The notes: generated by a model from the sequence alone, not told the origin. Counted from the first letter of the stretch, positions 8,419 through 19,967 are shown. The stretch is DNA of 64,000 bases from an uncultured Acidimicrobiaceae bacterium (GCA_963842145.1 CAWJFJ010000012.1:227060-291059); one strand, 5' to 3'. Made by a program: numbers and translations.

Positions 8419-9675
8419 ATGGAAACCCGAGGACGAAAGCGCCGCGCTAGTCAGTCGGATCTCGACGCGGCGGTCGAGGCGGTGCTCGCGGGAGCAAGCT
8501 ATAGGAGTGCCGAGGCGTTGACCGGGGTTCCTCAGTCGACGGTGAGGGACTACGTCTTGCGGTGGGGTTTCCTGCGACAGCGTGTTCCCCGGGGCGGCCC
8601 TAAGCGGGTTCTTGACGGGGTGGAGGTATCCACCTTCAGAACGGATCTGGGCGACGAGCGTGGGGCCATGACACGCGAACGCAAACGGCGCCCCGGCTCG
8701 CTCAGTGTGTCCGAGCGCGAGGAGGTCAGGGTCGGCATCGAGGTCGGAGAGTCCGACGAAGCCATCGCCGCCCGCATCGGCCGGCACCGCTCGACGGTCT
8801 GGCGTGAGATCGCGGCCAACGGTGGGCGGGGGCGCTACCGGGCAGCGGTGGCCGAGGAGCGAGCGGCGCCAGCCGCCCGACGGCCCAAGAACCCCTGGAC
8901 CGAGGAACGCCCCTGGCTGTGGGAGGAGGTCCAGGGACTGCTGCGCACCAAGAAGTGGTCGCCCGAGCAGATCGCCCACCGGTTCCGCAAGGAGCACCCC
9001 GACCAGCCAGAGTGGTGGGTGTCTCACGAAGCCATCTACCAGGCGGTCTTCGTCCAGGCGAAGGGCGAGCTGCGAAAGGAGCTCACCGCGTGCTTGCGCT
9101 CGGGCCGGGCTCGGAGACGTCCTCGCTCGCGAGCCTCCTCTGGACGAAGCGCAATCTTCGGGATGGTCAACATCTCCGAACGCCCCCCGCAGGTCGAAGA
9201 CCGAGCCGTGCCGGGCCACTGGGAGGGAGACTTGATCATCGGGGAGAGCGGCGCCAGCGCCGTCGCCACGTTGGTGGAGCGCACCACCCGCATGGGCATG
9301 CTGATCAAGCTCGAGAATCGCACCGCCGAACATGTCGCGTCGGCGGTAGCGGACAACATCGTGCATCTACCAGACCAGCTCGCCAAGTCCCTCACCTGGG
9401 ATCAGGGGATAGAGATGGCAACGCACGCCGCGTTCAAGGTCGCCACCGGCGTCCCGGTCTACTTCTGCGACCCCCATTCGCCCTGGCAGCGCGGGAGCAA
9501 CGAGAACTGGAACGGCCTCGTCCGTCAGTTCCTGCCCAAGGGCACCGACCTATCGGTCCACTCCCAAGAGGACCTCGACGCCATCGCCGCCCTGCTCAAC
9601 GAGCGTCCACGCAAGACCCTCGCATGGGAGACTCCAGCGGAACGATTCAACAGACTTGGCGCGGCCACTGCCTGA
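8419..9675 (+). CDS. IS30-family transposase (apparently intact)
   Basis: N-terminal HTH regions ([20 protein letters not shown]) and a DDE core with [18 protein letters not shown] and [23 protein letters not shown] could not resolve the inverted repeats of the element. Confidence 0.9.
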   Translation: METRGRKRRASQSDLDAAVEAVLAGASYRSAEALTGVPQSTVRDYVLRWGFLRQRVPRGGPKRVLDGVEVSTFRTDLGDERGAMTRERKRRPGSLSVSEREEVRVGIEVGESDEAIAARIGRHRSTVWREIAANGGRGRYRAAVAEERAAPAARRPKNPWTEERPWLWEEVQGLLRTKKWSPEQIAHRFRKEHPDQPEWWVSHEAIYQAVFVQAKGELRKELTACLRSGRARRRPRSRASSGRSAIFGMVNISERPPQVEDRAVPGHWEGDLIIGESGASAVATLVERTTRMGMLIKLENRTAEHVASAVADNIVHLPDQLAKSLTWDQGIEMATHAAFKVATGVPVYFCDPHSPWQRGSNENWNGLVRQFLPKGTDLSVHSQEDLDAIAALLNERPRKTLAWETPAERFNRLGAATA

Positions 9676-10045
9676 ATCTGCCGCGGTGGTGATCCCGGTC
9701 TAGTCACCGTCCGACCCGGATACCCGACTCCGACGCAATCCTCATTCCATCGATGGATGCACGAGGCTCGGGATCCCCGATTCTGCGCTGTCTTGGCCGA
9801 TCTTCGCCGTTGAACTCCACCCACCCGGGATCGGCACATCCAGCGCGCGACATCTGGATACAGGTTGCGAACGCAAATTGGAGTTATGGCGCGCACACGA
9901 GACTCGGTCAGGCCGCACACCGAGCCGTTATGCATCCGATAGCGACCGGCGTTCTCCTTCAGAGGATCGCTCAAGAACAGTTGATCTGTCCGCAGATCAG
10001 ATCTCTCTTCCTACGATTGGTCCCCTTCTCGAAGCTGGTTTGGCG

Positions 10046-12288
10046 TTAATCGTTTCGGGCGACCTCGGGCCCGGTGATCCGGTTGAGAAGCGGGAACGTC
10101 GAGGCGATGATCGCAAGCGAAGCAGCAAGTCCGCCTATGACGGTGGCCCAGTACGCAATTCCCGGGATTCGGAACGCGATGCCGACCTGGGAGTGGAGGT
10201 AGAGCCCAGCGGAAACCAGGCCGATCACGATCGACGCCGCGGCGACGAGAAGGAGCGGCAGCGCACTCTCCAGCGCGACGACGCGGTACAGGACGCCGGT
10301 GGAGACGCCAGTGAGCCTGAGCAGGCTGAACGGGCGCTTGCGCTCGCTCAACCCGGCTGCGATGTTCACGGCAAGGCTGCAGGCGGCGATGATCAGGCTC
10401 GCCACGATGATCACATCGGTCAGGTCCTGGATCATCGTGAGAAGGCGCGAGACGTCCGGCGTGTTCCCCTGGACCACCACCGGCGTTCCGCGGAAGGGAA
10501 AGGCCCGCTCGAGCGCGGTCCGTACCCGCTCGAGGGAGCTGGACGATCCGTCCGTGGCGACGACGACCGCCTCGGCGGGAAGATTCGCGATGCCCGCCAC
10601 CGACAGGTGAGCGGACGGCCAGACCGTCGATGAGGACGCCGAGTTGTTCCCAGTGACCGGCTGGAGGAAGTAGCCGATCGTCGCCACCGTCGCTCCCGGT
10701 GCGCACTTGCCGATCGCGGGCGTCTTCGCCAGCTGGTCGCACGCAACCAGCCCCTCCCCGTTCATCTGCTGAACAGGGGACGGGCCAACGTGGACCACCG
10801 TCACGCCGCGCACCCCTGGCGTCGGCGCGGAGCCCCGTGAGCACCTGGCCTGGGACAGAAGGAACTTCGTTGGAAGCGCCACACGAATTCGTGACTCCGC
10901 AGAGCTGGTCGTCGAGGGTTGCGGTGGACTCGGCGCTGCCTCCCTGAGAGCTGACGGCGACGATCGAGCTGAGCGCCCCGATCGCTGCGCTCGCGACGAA
11001 GAGGGCGAGCACGAGCCCACTGATCGAGCGGAAGGCCGCCCGAGGGTTGTCGAGGAGCCGGCGACCGGCGATGAGCGTAGCGGGCCGACGTGCCCGCTTG
11101 GCCATGAGTCGAGAGCCCATCTTGGTCAGCCACGGTCCGGCGAGGACCAGCCCCACCACGATGAGCACGAAGCCCACGAGCACCTCCAGAATCTGGCTGC
11201 CGTTGCTCTTCGGCTTGCCGGCGGCGTGCGAAGTACGCGAGCAGGGCGACGCCAGCCAGAAGTGGGATGATCCGGACGATCCGCGGCGGAGCAGACGAGG
11301 CTCGTCGGTTCACGCCGAGCGGCGAGATCTGGACGCGGCGGAGCGCGAGGCGCGCGGACACGACAGCGGCGATCGGGACGCCGATGACGACGAGTGCCAC
11401 GTCGATCCCCTGGAGCGAGAGGTCGCCCTGGGCGAACGGCAGTCCGGCGAAGGGGACGTGGACGAGCAGCGGCCGGAACAGGAAGAAGAGTGCGAACCCG
11501 ACCGCCACTCCCGCGAGGGCGGCGAACGTCGCCTCCACGGCTGCGATCACCGAGACCTGATGTGGCGTCGCCCCGACGAGGCGCATGGCGGCGAAACGCT
11601 CCTCTCGCCGCGCGGCGGACAGCCGGCTCGCCGTCGCGATCAAGATGAGCACGGGCAACAACAAGGCGACGGCTCCGCCCGCCAGGATCCACTTCAGAAC
11701 GGGTCCGCTCCCGACGCCGCTCTGGCAGGTGTAGCAGCTGCTCGGCGTTTGCTGAATGCCTCGGACCTCAACCGCCCCAGGGACCTGCGAGAGCTGGCGC
11801 GCGTCGTGGCCGATGACGATGATCAGCGAGTTCGGCGACGGAAGCGCCGCTGCGCCGATGGTCCCGATCTGGCGCCCGGGGAACCGGTCCCGCAGCTCGC
11901 TCGCCGGCACGGACGCGAGGAGACTCGTGAGGGCCGGCGATGCGTAGAACTCCCCCGGTCCGGGCAGGTGAGCAATCCCCGGCGGGATCGGTGCGCTCGG
12001 TCCGGTGGCGGCAACGTCGACGCGGTCGATCGACTGGTTGCCGAACTGGTCGACGCTGAGCAGCCACCACAGCCGGTCGGACGTCGAGCTGCTCGCGGTC
12101 GACGGAGGCGATTGCACCGAGGTGTCGAGCCACGCACCACGGTCGGTCTGGGCGTGCAGCCCGTTCATGCCGGCCAGGGCGAACAGCAGCAGACCGACGC
12201 CGAGGGCGACCGCAGCCGCGGTGACGAGGACACGTAGCGCCGCCTCGCGACCGCTTCCCAACGTCAAGCGCAGGCCGAGTCGGATCAT
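10046..12288 (-). pseudogene. ABC transporter permease with two FtsX domains, two frameshifts
   Basis: The protein reads across three frames (ORFs 10801..12288, 10011..11183 and 10046..11020), with junctions near 11225 and near 10830. Its ATG at 12288 overlaps the upstream ATPase stop (ATGA). Confidence 0.8.
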
Positions 12289-12960
12289 CCTGGCACCGCC
12301 GCGGTCGTGGTCACCCGGCCATCGCGAACGATCACTTCGCGGTCGGCGTAGGCGGCGACGCGGGGCTCGTGGGTGACGAGGATCACCGTCGATCCCTGCT
12401 CGCGCGCGGCGCGCGTCAACAGGCCCATGACCAGCTCCCCGTTCAGCGAGTCGAGTGACCCGGTCGGCTCGTCGGCGAAGAGCACGTCGGGATGGGCGAC
12501 GAGGCCACGCGCCAGCGCGACGCGCTGCGACTGGCCGCCCGACATCTCGCCGGTGCGGTGGCGCTCCATGCCCTCGAGGTCGAGCCGTTCGAACCAGCTC
12601 CGCGCTTCACGGAGGGCCTCGTCACGGTGCGTGCCACCGAGCAAAAGCGGCAGCGCGACGTTCTCCTCGGCGGTCAGCTCCGGCACGAGCTGGCCGAACT
12701 GGAACACAAAGCCGAAGCGATCACGCCGCAGCCGGGAGCGCTCGGCCTCCCGCATCGCGTCGAGGCGCTGACCGTCGAAGTAGACCTCGCCGGAGTCCGG
12801 GACGAGGATGCCCGCCAGGCAGTGGAGCAGCGTCGACTTGCCCGAGCCGCTCGGGCCCATCACGGCGACGATCTCGCCACGCTTCACTGAGAAGATTCGC
12901 CCCGCGGAGCGCCGGGGTCTCGCCGAAGGAGAGCACGAGGTTTCGCCCCTCGATGACCAC
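12285..12960 (-). pseudogene. ABC transporter ATP-binding protein (MacB/LolD-like), frameshifted
   Basis: Walker A GPSGSGKST, signature SGGQSQR and Walker B LFADEPTGSLD are in ORF 12285..13109. The N-terminus, VIEGRNLVLSFGETPALRGANL, is in ORF 12721..12960. The frame changes near 12890. An alternative ATG at 13003 overlaps the PadR stop but lies in a third frame. Confidence 0.8.
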
Positions 12961-12999
12961 CCCTCCGGCTTGGACCAGGGAAGAACCGTTCGGCTACCG

Positions 13000-13524
13000 T
13001 CATGACGCCACCTCCTCGGCGAGCGCCGCGAGTCGCGCTTCGGTGAGGTCGATCCAGCGCAGGTCGGCCTCCAGGTGGAAGAGGCCGTGGTCGGCGAGCA
13101 GGGCGTCAACGAGGTTGCCTCGTTGCTTGAGCTCGGTGAGCTCGCGCATCCGCTGGAGGTGCGCCGCCCGCTGCGCGTCGAGGTACTCCTCCGCGGGGCG
13201 ACCGAGCATGAGCGAGAGCACGACCTTCACGAAGAGGTCGGTCTGGAGGTAGGGCTCGGCCGGGATGGGCTCCGCGAGCCACGCCTCGACATCGCCCTTT
13301 CCGGTCTCGGTGATGGTGTAGCGCTTGCGGTCCGGACCAGCTCCGGGCTCAGCCTCGCCGGCAATGGCCTTTCCGTCCCTCGCCAGACGGGCGAGGGTGG
13401 CGTACACCTGGCCGAAGGGAAGCGGCCGGCCGCGGCCGAAGTACGCGTCGTAGTCGCGCTTCAGGTCGTAGCCGTGGCTCGGTTCGCGGTCGAGGAGCCC
13501 GAGGAGGGCCATAGGGACGCTCAT
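13000..13524 (-). CDS. PadR-family transcriptional regulator
   Basis: MALLGLLDREPSHGYDLKRD...KRYTITETG winged-helix pattern. It is the first gene of a PadR-ABC-FtsX operon. The start is either 13524 or 13536. Confidence 0.85.
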   Translation of the reverse strand: MSVPMALLGLLDREPSHGYDLKRDYDAYFGRGRPLPFGQVYATLARLARDGKAIAGEAEPGAGPDRKRYTITETGKGDVEAWLAEPIPAEPYLQTDLFVKVVLSLMLGRPAEEYLDAQRAAHLQRMRELTELKQRGNLVDALLADHGLFHLEADLRWIDLTEARLAALAEEVAS

Positions 13525-13542
13525 ACCTGCAAGCATACGCTG

Positions 13543-13567
13543 GGTGTATACGTGGGGTCAATACACC
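13543..13567. promoter_or_regulatory. Candidate PadR operator (inverted repeat GGTGTAT-N11-ATACACC)
   Basis: Perfect 7-bp arms at 13543-13549 and 13561-13567, 7-19 nt upstream of the PadR start codon. Confidence 0.4.
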
Positions 13568-14139
13568 TCCCCGCCTGGCTGCAAACCGAGGCTTCCGCAG
13601 CTTGCCAAGCCTCGTCACCCGTAGCCGGTAGTCAACCTCCGCGGTGTCGGCGGGGTGATCGGACAGCCCTCTCCCCTCCGACCGGTCGCTGGAGGCGGTC
13701 CGCTCTATCGATCCGAGGGTCTCGTGCAGATCGGGGTGTTCGGGGCGAGCTTGTGATCCGACGCCGAAAGGAAGTACGGCTCGGAGATCTGCTTCGGCAG
13801 CGCATATTCGCGGCACAAGCCAACCTGCAAAGCCGGTCGCGACCGCTCGCACATGCCGGTGTTGCTCGGCCTGCCGGATGCGGCCCTCAGAGCCGGGGTG
13901 AGCGGTATCGCTCCGGGCCGTGATTATAGGCGGGTCGGCCGGAGGCATAGCGCTCGCCTCCGGCACATCCAGATCGGGCCAGTCGATACACTCTCGGCGC
14001 AAACGGCGACGTCGGGCGCTTCGTCTGAGGGGATCTCAGGTCCCACTCGGGCCGGTAGCGTGCCGACGGTGAGCACAATAGGAGCAGAGGACCACCGCGC
14101 GAGGGCGGGTCACCGGAGCCCGGGTCTGCTTCGATCGAG

Positions 14140-14865
14140 GTGCCATCCGTGATCGGGCCACGCGCCACGCTCCGCAGTTCGTTCCGAGTCGAGCTGAGCC
14201 TCCTCACTCATGTCGCCGGTGCCATTACGGCAGCGCCAGTGGTCGCCGTATTTGCCCTCGGACTCGCCTTTGTCGGCACGCGCGCTGCGATCGCCATGGC
14301 AATCGGCGCCAACCTGATTGCCATCGTGTCCCTGGTTGGGGCGCCTCGGCTGCCCATCCGGCTCGCCGTCTGGGACACGGCGGCGATGGGGGTCTCGGTC
14401 TTTGTAGGCGCAGCGACCGGGCCCAATGTCCTACCTGAGTGCGGTCGGCGGACAGATCCGTGCGGCGGGGAACCTTATCGACAAGGCGCGCAGCACCGAT
14501 AGCCGACAGGCGTGGCGACCCCGGATCTCCACCCCGAGTGCCCCTGATCCCGGCCGGGTTCGGAGCGATCTGGCGATGGCGCGTGAGAACCTACGCGGCG
14601 ATGCGCCGGCCTTCCGGCACGCTGTCCGATTGGCGGTCGCCGTTCTCGCCTCGGCGCTCTTGGCGTCGTGGCTGTCGCTTCCGCGCGGCTACTGGGTCCC
14701 CTTCGCCGTCGCTGTCATCTTGAAGCCGGACTACAGCACTCTGTTCAGTAGGGGTGTGGGTCGGATCATCGGCACCATGCTCGGAGCCACCTTGGCCGCC
14801 ATTCTGGTCAGTGGGCTCCATCCGGGTTTGATCCTTACCGCCGTGCTCGTGGTGCTGACGTGTAG
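14140..14865 (+). pseudogene. FUSC-family (aromatic acid exporter-like) membrane protein, frameshifted and C-terminally truncated
   Basis: TM-rich N-terminus in ORF 14140..14502 and FRHAVRLAVAVLASALLASWLSLPRGYWVPFAVAVILKPDYSTLFSRGVGRIIGTMLGA in ORF 14426..14977. Family-like sequence ends near 14860. Confidence 0.55.
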
Positions 14866-15280
14866 GGCACCAAAATGTCGATCGTGGCGCTTTGGCATCG
14901 TGATATCGCAATCTCAGTCGGGAGACGAGGGCACGATGGTACTCAAGCGACACGAGGGCACCGAGATGCCGGTCTGATTCGGGTTCGGGCCAAGTCTCCA
15001 CAATGAGAGATGGGTAAACGGCCGCCGGCTCCTCGATCGGTGTGAGGAGTTCGTGTTTGGCGAAAATCGTCATTCGGAGTGGGTCCGGTCCGTTGATCAG
15101 CGGAAGTTGCAGGACGGCCAACGCCAGTTGTAAACGCTGATCGAAAAGGGGAGCACCTGAGACTCAGAACGCGCTGATCGAAAAGGGGAGCACCTGACCA
15201 TCCCCGTGCTTGCTCGATCCCATTCACAGGCTTCTGGCCTGGGAGTCGAGCGAGTGGACGGGAGAAGGGTGCACACCGAC

Positions 15281-16771
15281 ATGGAGATGTGGACGGAGAT
15301 CCGGCGCAAGGTCTTCGTGGAGAGCGCGTCGAAGCGCTCGATCAGGCGTGACTACCGGGTGAGCGCTCGGACCCTGGAGAAGATCCTGGCCAATGCCGAG
15401 CCGCCGGGCTATCGCCTGAGGGTTACTCGGCCGAAACCGGTGCTCGGCCAGTTCCTTGGGGCCATCGAGGAGATCCTGATCGCCGATCGGGATGCCCCGG
15501 CCAAGCAGCGCCACACCGCCAAGCGGATCTTCGAGCGTCTCCGCGACGAGCATGGCTACACCGGCTGCTCGTCTCAGGTCCGAGCCCAGGTGGCGGCGGC
15601 CAGGCGACGCCAAAGAGAGGTCTTCGTCCCGCTCTCCCACCCGCCGGGTGAGGCCCAATACGACTTCGGCGAGGCCACCGTGATCATCGCCGGTGAGCAG
15701 ATGAAGGCGGCGTTGTCGGTCATGACACTGCCCTATTCGGACGTGTTCCACGTCTCGGCCTACCCGCGCGAGTGCACGGAGACCTTCCAGGCCGGCCACG
15801 TGGCCGCCTTCGACTTCTTCGGCGGGGTGCCCACCCGCACCAGCTATGACAACTCGAGAATCGCCGTGGCCAAGGTGGTGGGACGGGATCGCGAGCTCAC
15901 CCGGGAGTTCCTGCGCCTGGAGAGCCACTTCCTCTTCACTCACCACTTCTGCCGAGTGGCCCGGGGAAACGAGAAGGGCCACGTCGAGAGCCTGGTGGGC
16001 TTCGGACGGCGGAACTTCTTGGTCCCGGTCCCGTCATTCGACTCTTTCGCCGAGCTGAACACCCACCTGGAGGCCGCGTGCCGGGCGGACATGGAGCGTT
16101 CGGTGCGGGGCAAGCCCGAGGGGAAGGCCGAGCGCCTGGAGGTGGACCGAGCCGCCATGCTCGACCTGCCCGCTGAATCCTTCGACCCGCGACGTGTCGC
16201 CCAGGCCAGCGCCAACTCGCTGTCGCTCGTGCGCTTCGACCGCAACGACTACTCGGTGCCGACCGCGCATGCCCATCACGAGGTGACGGTCCTCGGTGGT
16301 GTCGAAGAGGTCCGCATCCTCTCGGGGACCGAGGTGGTGGCCCGACACCCGAGGTGCTGGTCGAAAGAGGAGATCTCCTTTGACCCTCGGCACTACCTGG
16401 CCCTCCTGGAACGCAAGCCCGGAGCCCTCGATCACGCCCGACCCCTGGAGAACTGGGACCTGCCGGCGTGCTTCGGGCACTTGCGTCGACGGCTGGAGGC
16501 AGACCTCGGGTCGGCTGGCACCAGGGAGTACATCAAGGTGCTGCGCCTCATGGAGCGGGCATCGCTGCGCCAGCTCACCGGAGCCATCGAGGAGGCGCTG
16601 GCTATCGGGGCGACCGGATCGGACGCCGTCTCGTTGATCCTGTTCCACCGCGAGGAACGCCCCGTCGGGCTGTTCAGCCTCGACGGTCACCCCCACCTCA
16701 GGTCCTTCGTCATCGATCCACCCGATCTCGGTGCTTACAGCACCCTGACCCAGATAGGAGCGAGTGCATGA
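15281..16771 (+). CDS. istA: IS21-family transposase IstA (intact)
   Basis: Continuous ORF. ATG at 15281 behind GGGAGAAGGG. The stop overlaps the istB ATG (ATGA at 16768-16771). Confidence 0.9.
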   Translation: MEMWTEIRRKVFVESASKRSIRRDYRVSARTLEKILANAEPPGYRLRVTRPKPVLGQFLGAIEEILIADRDAPAKQRHTAKRIFERLRDEHGYTGCSSQVRAQVAAARRRQREVFVPLSHPPGEAQYDFGEATVIIAGEQMKAALSVMTLPYSDVFHVSAYPRECTETFQAGHVAAFDFFGGVPTRTSYDNSRIAVAKVVGRDRELTREFLRLESHFLFTHHFCRVARGNEKGHVESLVGFGRRNFLVPVPSFDSFAELNTHLEAACRADMERSVRGKPEGKAERLEVDRAAMLDLPAESFDPRRVAQASANSLSLVRFDRNDYSVPTAHAHHEVTVLGGVEEVRILSGTEVVARHPRCWSKEEISFDPRHYLALLERKPGALDHARPLENWDLPACFGHLRRRLEADLGSAGTREYIKVLRLMERASLRQLTGAIEEALAIGATGSDAVSLILFHREERPVGLFSLDGHPHLRSFVIDPPDLGAYSTLTQIGASA

Positions 16772-17575
16772 AGTCCCTCGAAACCAAGTCCATGGTGCTG
16801 TTGCACCACCATCTGAAAGCCCTCCGGCTGCCGACCATCGGAGCCGAGTGCGAGAAGGTGGCCAGCCAGGCGGCCACCGACAACGTCGACCACCTGGCCT
16901 ACCTGCTCCAGCTCACCGAGTTGGAGCAGGCTCGAACGGGAGCGGAGAGCGGCCGAGCGTCGCTTGAAGGCAGCTCGGTTCCCCACCATGAAGACACTGG
17001 AGAACTTCGACTTCGCAGCCCGCCCGTCGGTGAACAAAATGCTGGTCGCCGAGCTGGCCCGGTGCGAGTTCATCGACAAGCGCGAGAACGTGCTGCTGGT
17101 CGGAAACCCGGGCACCGGCAAGTCCCACTTGGCCACCGCCCTCGCCGCGGCGGCGTGTGCCAAGGGCTACAAGGTGCGGTTCTTCCGGGCCACCGAGCTG
17201 GTGACCACGTTGATCGAGGCCAGGGACGAACGCGGCTTCCTGCGTCTAAAGAGTCAGCTCGCCAAGTTGGACCTGCTCGTGCTCGACGAGCTGGGCTACG
17301 TGCCCGCGTCCAAGGTCGGCGCCGAGCTGCTCTTCGACGTCATCTCCACCGCCTATGAGCGGACCAGCCTGATCGTGACCACCAACCTGCCCTTCGAGTC
17401 CTGGACCGAGGTCCTCGGATCCGAGCGCCTTACTGGGGCCACGCTCGACCGGCTCACCCACCGGTGTCGGATCATCGAGACCAAGGGAGAGAGTTACCGG
17501 CTCACCGACGCCAAGACTCGGGCCCGCCGGACAAAGCCAGTCACGGATGTGGACGAGGCTCAGGCCGCCAAGTAG
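16768..17575 (+). pseudogene. istB: IS21-family helper ATPase IstB, frameshifted
   Basis: MKSLETKSMVLLHHHLKALRLPTIGAE...LTELE is in one frame, then LEREREAAERRLKAARFPTMKTLENFDF...GNPGTGKSHLA...LVLDELGY in the frame of ORF 16964..17575. The frame changes near 16925-16932. Confidence 0.85.
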
Positions 17576-17780
17576 GTTCGGACCAAAGTGCTCCCCGTTT
17601 CGACCGGCGCGCGCTTCCCTTTTCGATCAGCATTCACACTCCTTGGAACGGCTCGTCTCCGCGCCTCCCTTCCGTGAGGCGGCATGATGTTTCGATGGAG
17701 TCGATGTTTCGGTGGAGCGGTCACCAGGGGGGTCGCAGATCGTGGCGCCCGTCGCCGAGCGGACGGCCTGACGGCCAGCC

Positions 17781-18554
17781 GTGAGCAGGCCGGTGCACCG
17801 CTTCGACGGCCAGATCGCCATTGTCACCGGGGCGGCGTCCGGCATCGGAAACCAGATCGCTCGGGACCTCGTCGCCAGAGGGGCCCGGGTCTTTGGGGTT
17901 GACGTCCAGGCGGAACTCCTGCGCGAGGTGCCGGGGATCACCGCGCTCCCGTGCGACCTCGCCGACACCGACGCGTACCGGGCGCTGCTGACAGGCGTCG
18001 AGAATGACTGCGGGCGGGTAGACGTCCTGGCCAACGTGGCCGGAATCGATGAATCGCTCTCGGCGGTCGGTGCGGACACGGCGTTCTACCGTCGGATCCT
18101 CGAGGTGAACTTCTTCGCCGCGGTCACCGGGACGCTCACCGTCCTGCCGGGAATGACCGGGCGCGGGCGCGGGCGCATCCTCAATTGCTCCAGTGACAGC
18201 GTCCATTCACCTGTCGCCTACGGGTCAGCGTACGTGGCGTCGAAGGGCGCTCTCTCGGCATTTACCGAGAGTGTGGCGCTCGAAGTCCGGCCCCTGGGCG
18301 TGCATGTGCACATTCTCTACCCCGGGTTCGTGGAGACTCCGCTGGCCACCCGTTCGCTCGAACGGGGGATGAAGCGTCCCCCCAAGGCGATCGTGCGTAC
18401 CACCGGGCAGGTCTCGGCCTCCGCGCTCGACGGCATGGGCGGGCGCGCCATCGAGATCGACGCGGCCAGGGTGGCGGCTCTGACCCCGCTGCTCCGCATT
18501 TTGGTGCCGCCGTTGTACCGGCGGCTCATGGCGGGGCGGTCCATGCCCATATAG
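17781..18554 (+). CDS. Short-chain dehydrogenase/reductase (SDR)
   Basis: IAIVTGAASGIG cofactor motif and the YVASKGAL catalytic motif. Confidence 0.85.
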   Translation: MSRPVHRFDGQIAIVTGAASGIGNQIARDLVARGARVFGVDVQAELLREVPGITALPCDLADTDAYRALLTGVENDCGRVDVLANVAGIDESLSAVGADTAFYRRILEVNFFAAVTGTLTVLPGMTGRGRGRILNCSSDSVHSPVAYGSAYVASKGALSAFTESVALEVRPLGVHVHILYPGFVETPLATRSLERGMKRPPKAIVRTTGQVSASALDGMGGRAIEIDAARVAALTPLLRILVPPLYRRLMAGRSMPI

Positions 18555-19034
18555 GTGGATGCTCCGCCGATCCGGGGGGTGAATGGCCCAGCATCGGGTC
18601 ACCAGTCAGCCTCTGACCGGGATTTCGTCCCCAGGGCCGCTCGCCCGACCAGGCGATCCCTGCCGGTTCCTGAACCGCCCCGGGATCCACGGAGACTCTG
18701 ACCAGGCCGCACTCACACGGCATCACGTCTCGCCCGGTCCAGGACATGTTGCGCTCAGAAACGGCTATGGGCGCTGCATTTGAGAAGGGACGTATCCCAG
18801 ATCTGTCGGATTTGCGTAGGTAGCGCCGTTGCTACGAACGCGATGCGGGCTGCCCAAATGAGCCGATTTTGAGTTTGGGTTCACGCGACGCCGGATCGCT
18901 ACAGATCGGGCTGGATAGCGGTGCGCTCCTAGAACCCCTGGGTCGGGAGCCGATCTCATGTTCGAGCGGTTCGTCTTCTCGCCGGCACCGCCCGTTTCCG
19001 TTGTCGCTACCTCGGGCGTGTCAGTAGGGTCCGG

Positions 19035-19856
19035 GTGGTGAGTGCCAAGCCAATCGAGTCGGCAAGGGCTGTCGGTGAGGGCGCGGTGGAAACGTTGCGC
19101 GGGCTGCTCGCCCGAAAGGTAGCCGAGGTCATCCGAAGTGATCCCGAGGAAGCGGCCACCGCGCTCGAACTCGGCATCATTGACCGTCGTTGGCTGGACG
19201 ACCCGGTCCATCAGCCGATTTCTCCCAGCAAGCCGACCGAGATCCTCGAGCACTTCCTGGCGCGATCGGTGGAGCGCAAGCCGTCACTGCTCTCGACCAC
19301 GGGCCTCAGCGCTGTCCAACTCCTGGCCGCTCTCCGGAGTCACGGGACCGGTGAGGTCGAGGTGGTGACGGTCGCGTTTACTGATCTCGAGGGGTTCACG
19401 GCATTTACCGACACCCACGGTGACAGCGCGGCGGCGGCTTTGATCAGCGAGCACCACCGGACGGCCGGCCCTATCGTACGCCGCTGGCGCGGGCGCGTGG
19501 TGAAGCACCTGGGTGACGGGCTGCTCTGCACCTTCCCCGACGCCAACAGGGGAATCCGAGCCGCGCTCGAATTGCTCGAAACCTCGCCCTCTCCGCTGCG
19601 TCTGCGAGCGGGCCTGCACGTAGGAGAAGCAGTGGTCAGTCAGGACGACGTTCTCGGTCATGTCGTCAACATCGCCGCCAGGGTCACAGAGACGGCCAAG
19701 GGGAACCAGATCGTGGTGACCGCGGAGACTGCAAGGGCGGCCGGGGCAATACCCGGCGTCGAGTTCCGACGACTCCGCAAGCGGCGCCTCAAGGGCATCT
19801 CTGAGCGCGTGGAGTTGTGCGAGGTGGTTGGGGTGCCGACGCCGCCCCCACGATGA
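19035..19856 (+). CDS. Class III adenylate/guanylate cyclase domain protein
   Basis: VTVAFTDLEGFTAFTDTHGD, VKHLGDGLLCTF and GHVVNIAARV motifs. Confidence 0.85.
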   Translation: MVSAKPIESARAVGEGAVETLRGLLARKVAEVIRSDPEEAATALELGIIDRRWLDDPVHQPISPSKPTEILEHFLARSVERKPSLLSTTGLSAVQLLAALRSHGTGEVEVVTVAFTDLEGFTAFTDTHGDSAAAALISEHHRTAGPIVRRWRGRVVKHLGDGLLCTFPDANRGIRAALELLETSPSPLRLRAGLHVGEAVVSQDDVLGHVVNIAARVTETAKGNQIVVTAETARAAGAIPGVEFRRLRKRRLKGISERVELCEVVGVPTPPPR

Positions 19857-19967
19857 AGCCCGTGGGAGACGTCGCGCAAGAGACCTTCGACCCTGTTTTC
19901 CCCGTCGATAGTGGCGCACGCTGAGGGTAGGCGGTTGCCGGGGATCCAGCAGGAAGGAGCCCTTGTG

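Larger units (their letters stand above)
15129..17638 (+). mobile_element. IS21-family element 1
   Basis: Left end TGTAAACGCTGATCGAAAAGGGGAGCAC, with the 26-nt unit CGCTGATCGAAAAGGGGAGCACCTGA repeated at 15135-15160 and 15172-15197. The right end carries inverted copies (GCGCTTCCCTTTTCGATCAGC at 17611-17631, GTGCTCCCCGTTTCGACC at 17588-17605) and ends ...CATTCACA. No target duplication is evident. Confidence 0.85.

Noticed and set aside
8340-9760. Terminal inverted repeats and a target duplication for the IS30 element.
   Set aside because: Only a weak GGTGAC-N3-GAC similarity and an 8-bp direct GACCCGGA (8403 and 9713) were found. The latter lies too close to the start codon to be a flank duplication. 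Boundaries are left undefined.
13700-14020. Remnant of an rve-type (IS481/IS3-like) transposase C-terminus on the minus strand (RRLRRECIDW, AYNHGPERYRSP).
   Set aside because: The similarity is only a few residues spread over two frames. The same region contains a block-1-like copy of the dispersed repeat (CATGCCGGTGTTGCTCGG at about 13853), which explains the conservation better.
4960-16932. Programmed ribosomal frameshifting as the explanation for the split transposase genes (IS110-1, istB of IS21-1).
   Set aside because: These families are not known to use programmed frameshifting. I saw no slippery heptamer (A AAA AAG type) or downstream structure at the junctions. Unrelated housekeeping genes carry the same kind of lesion.
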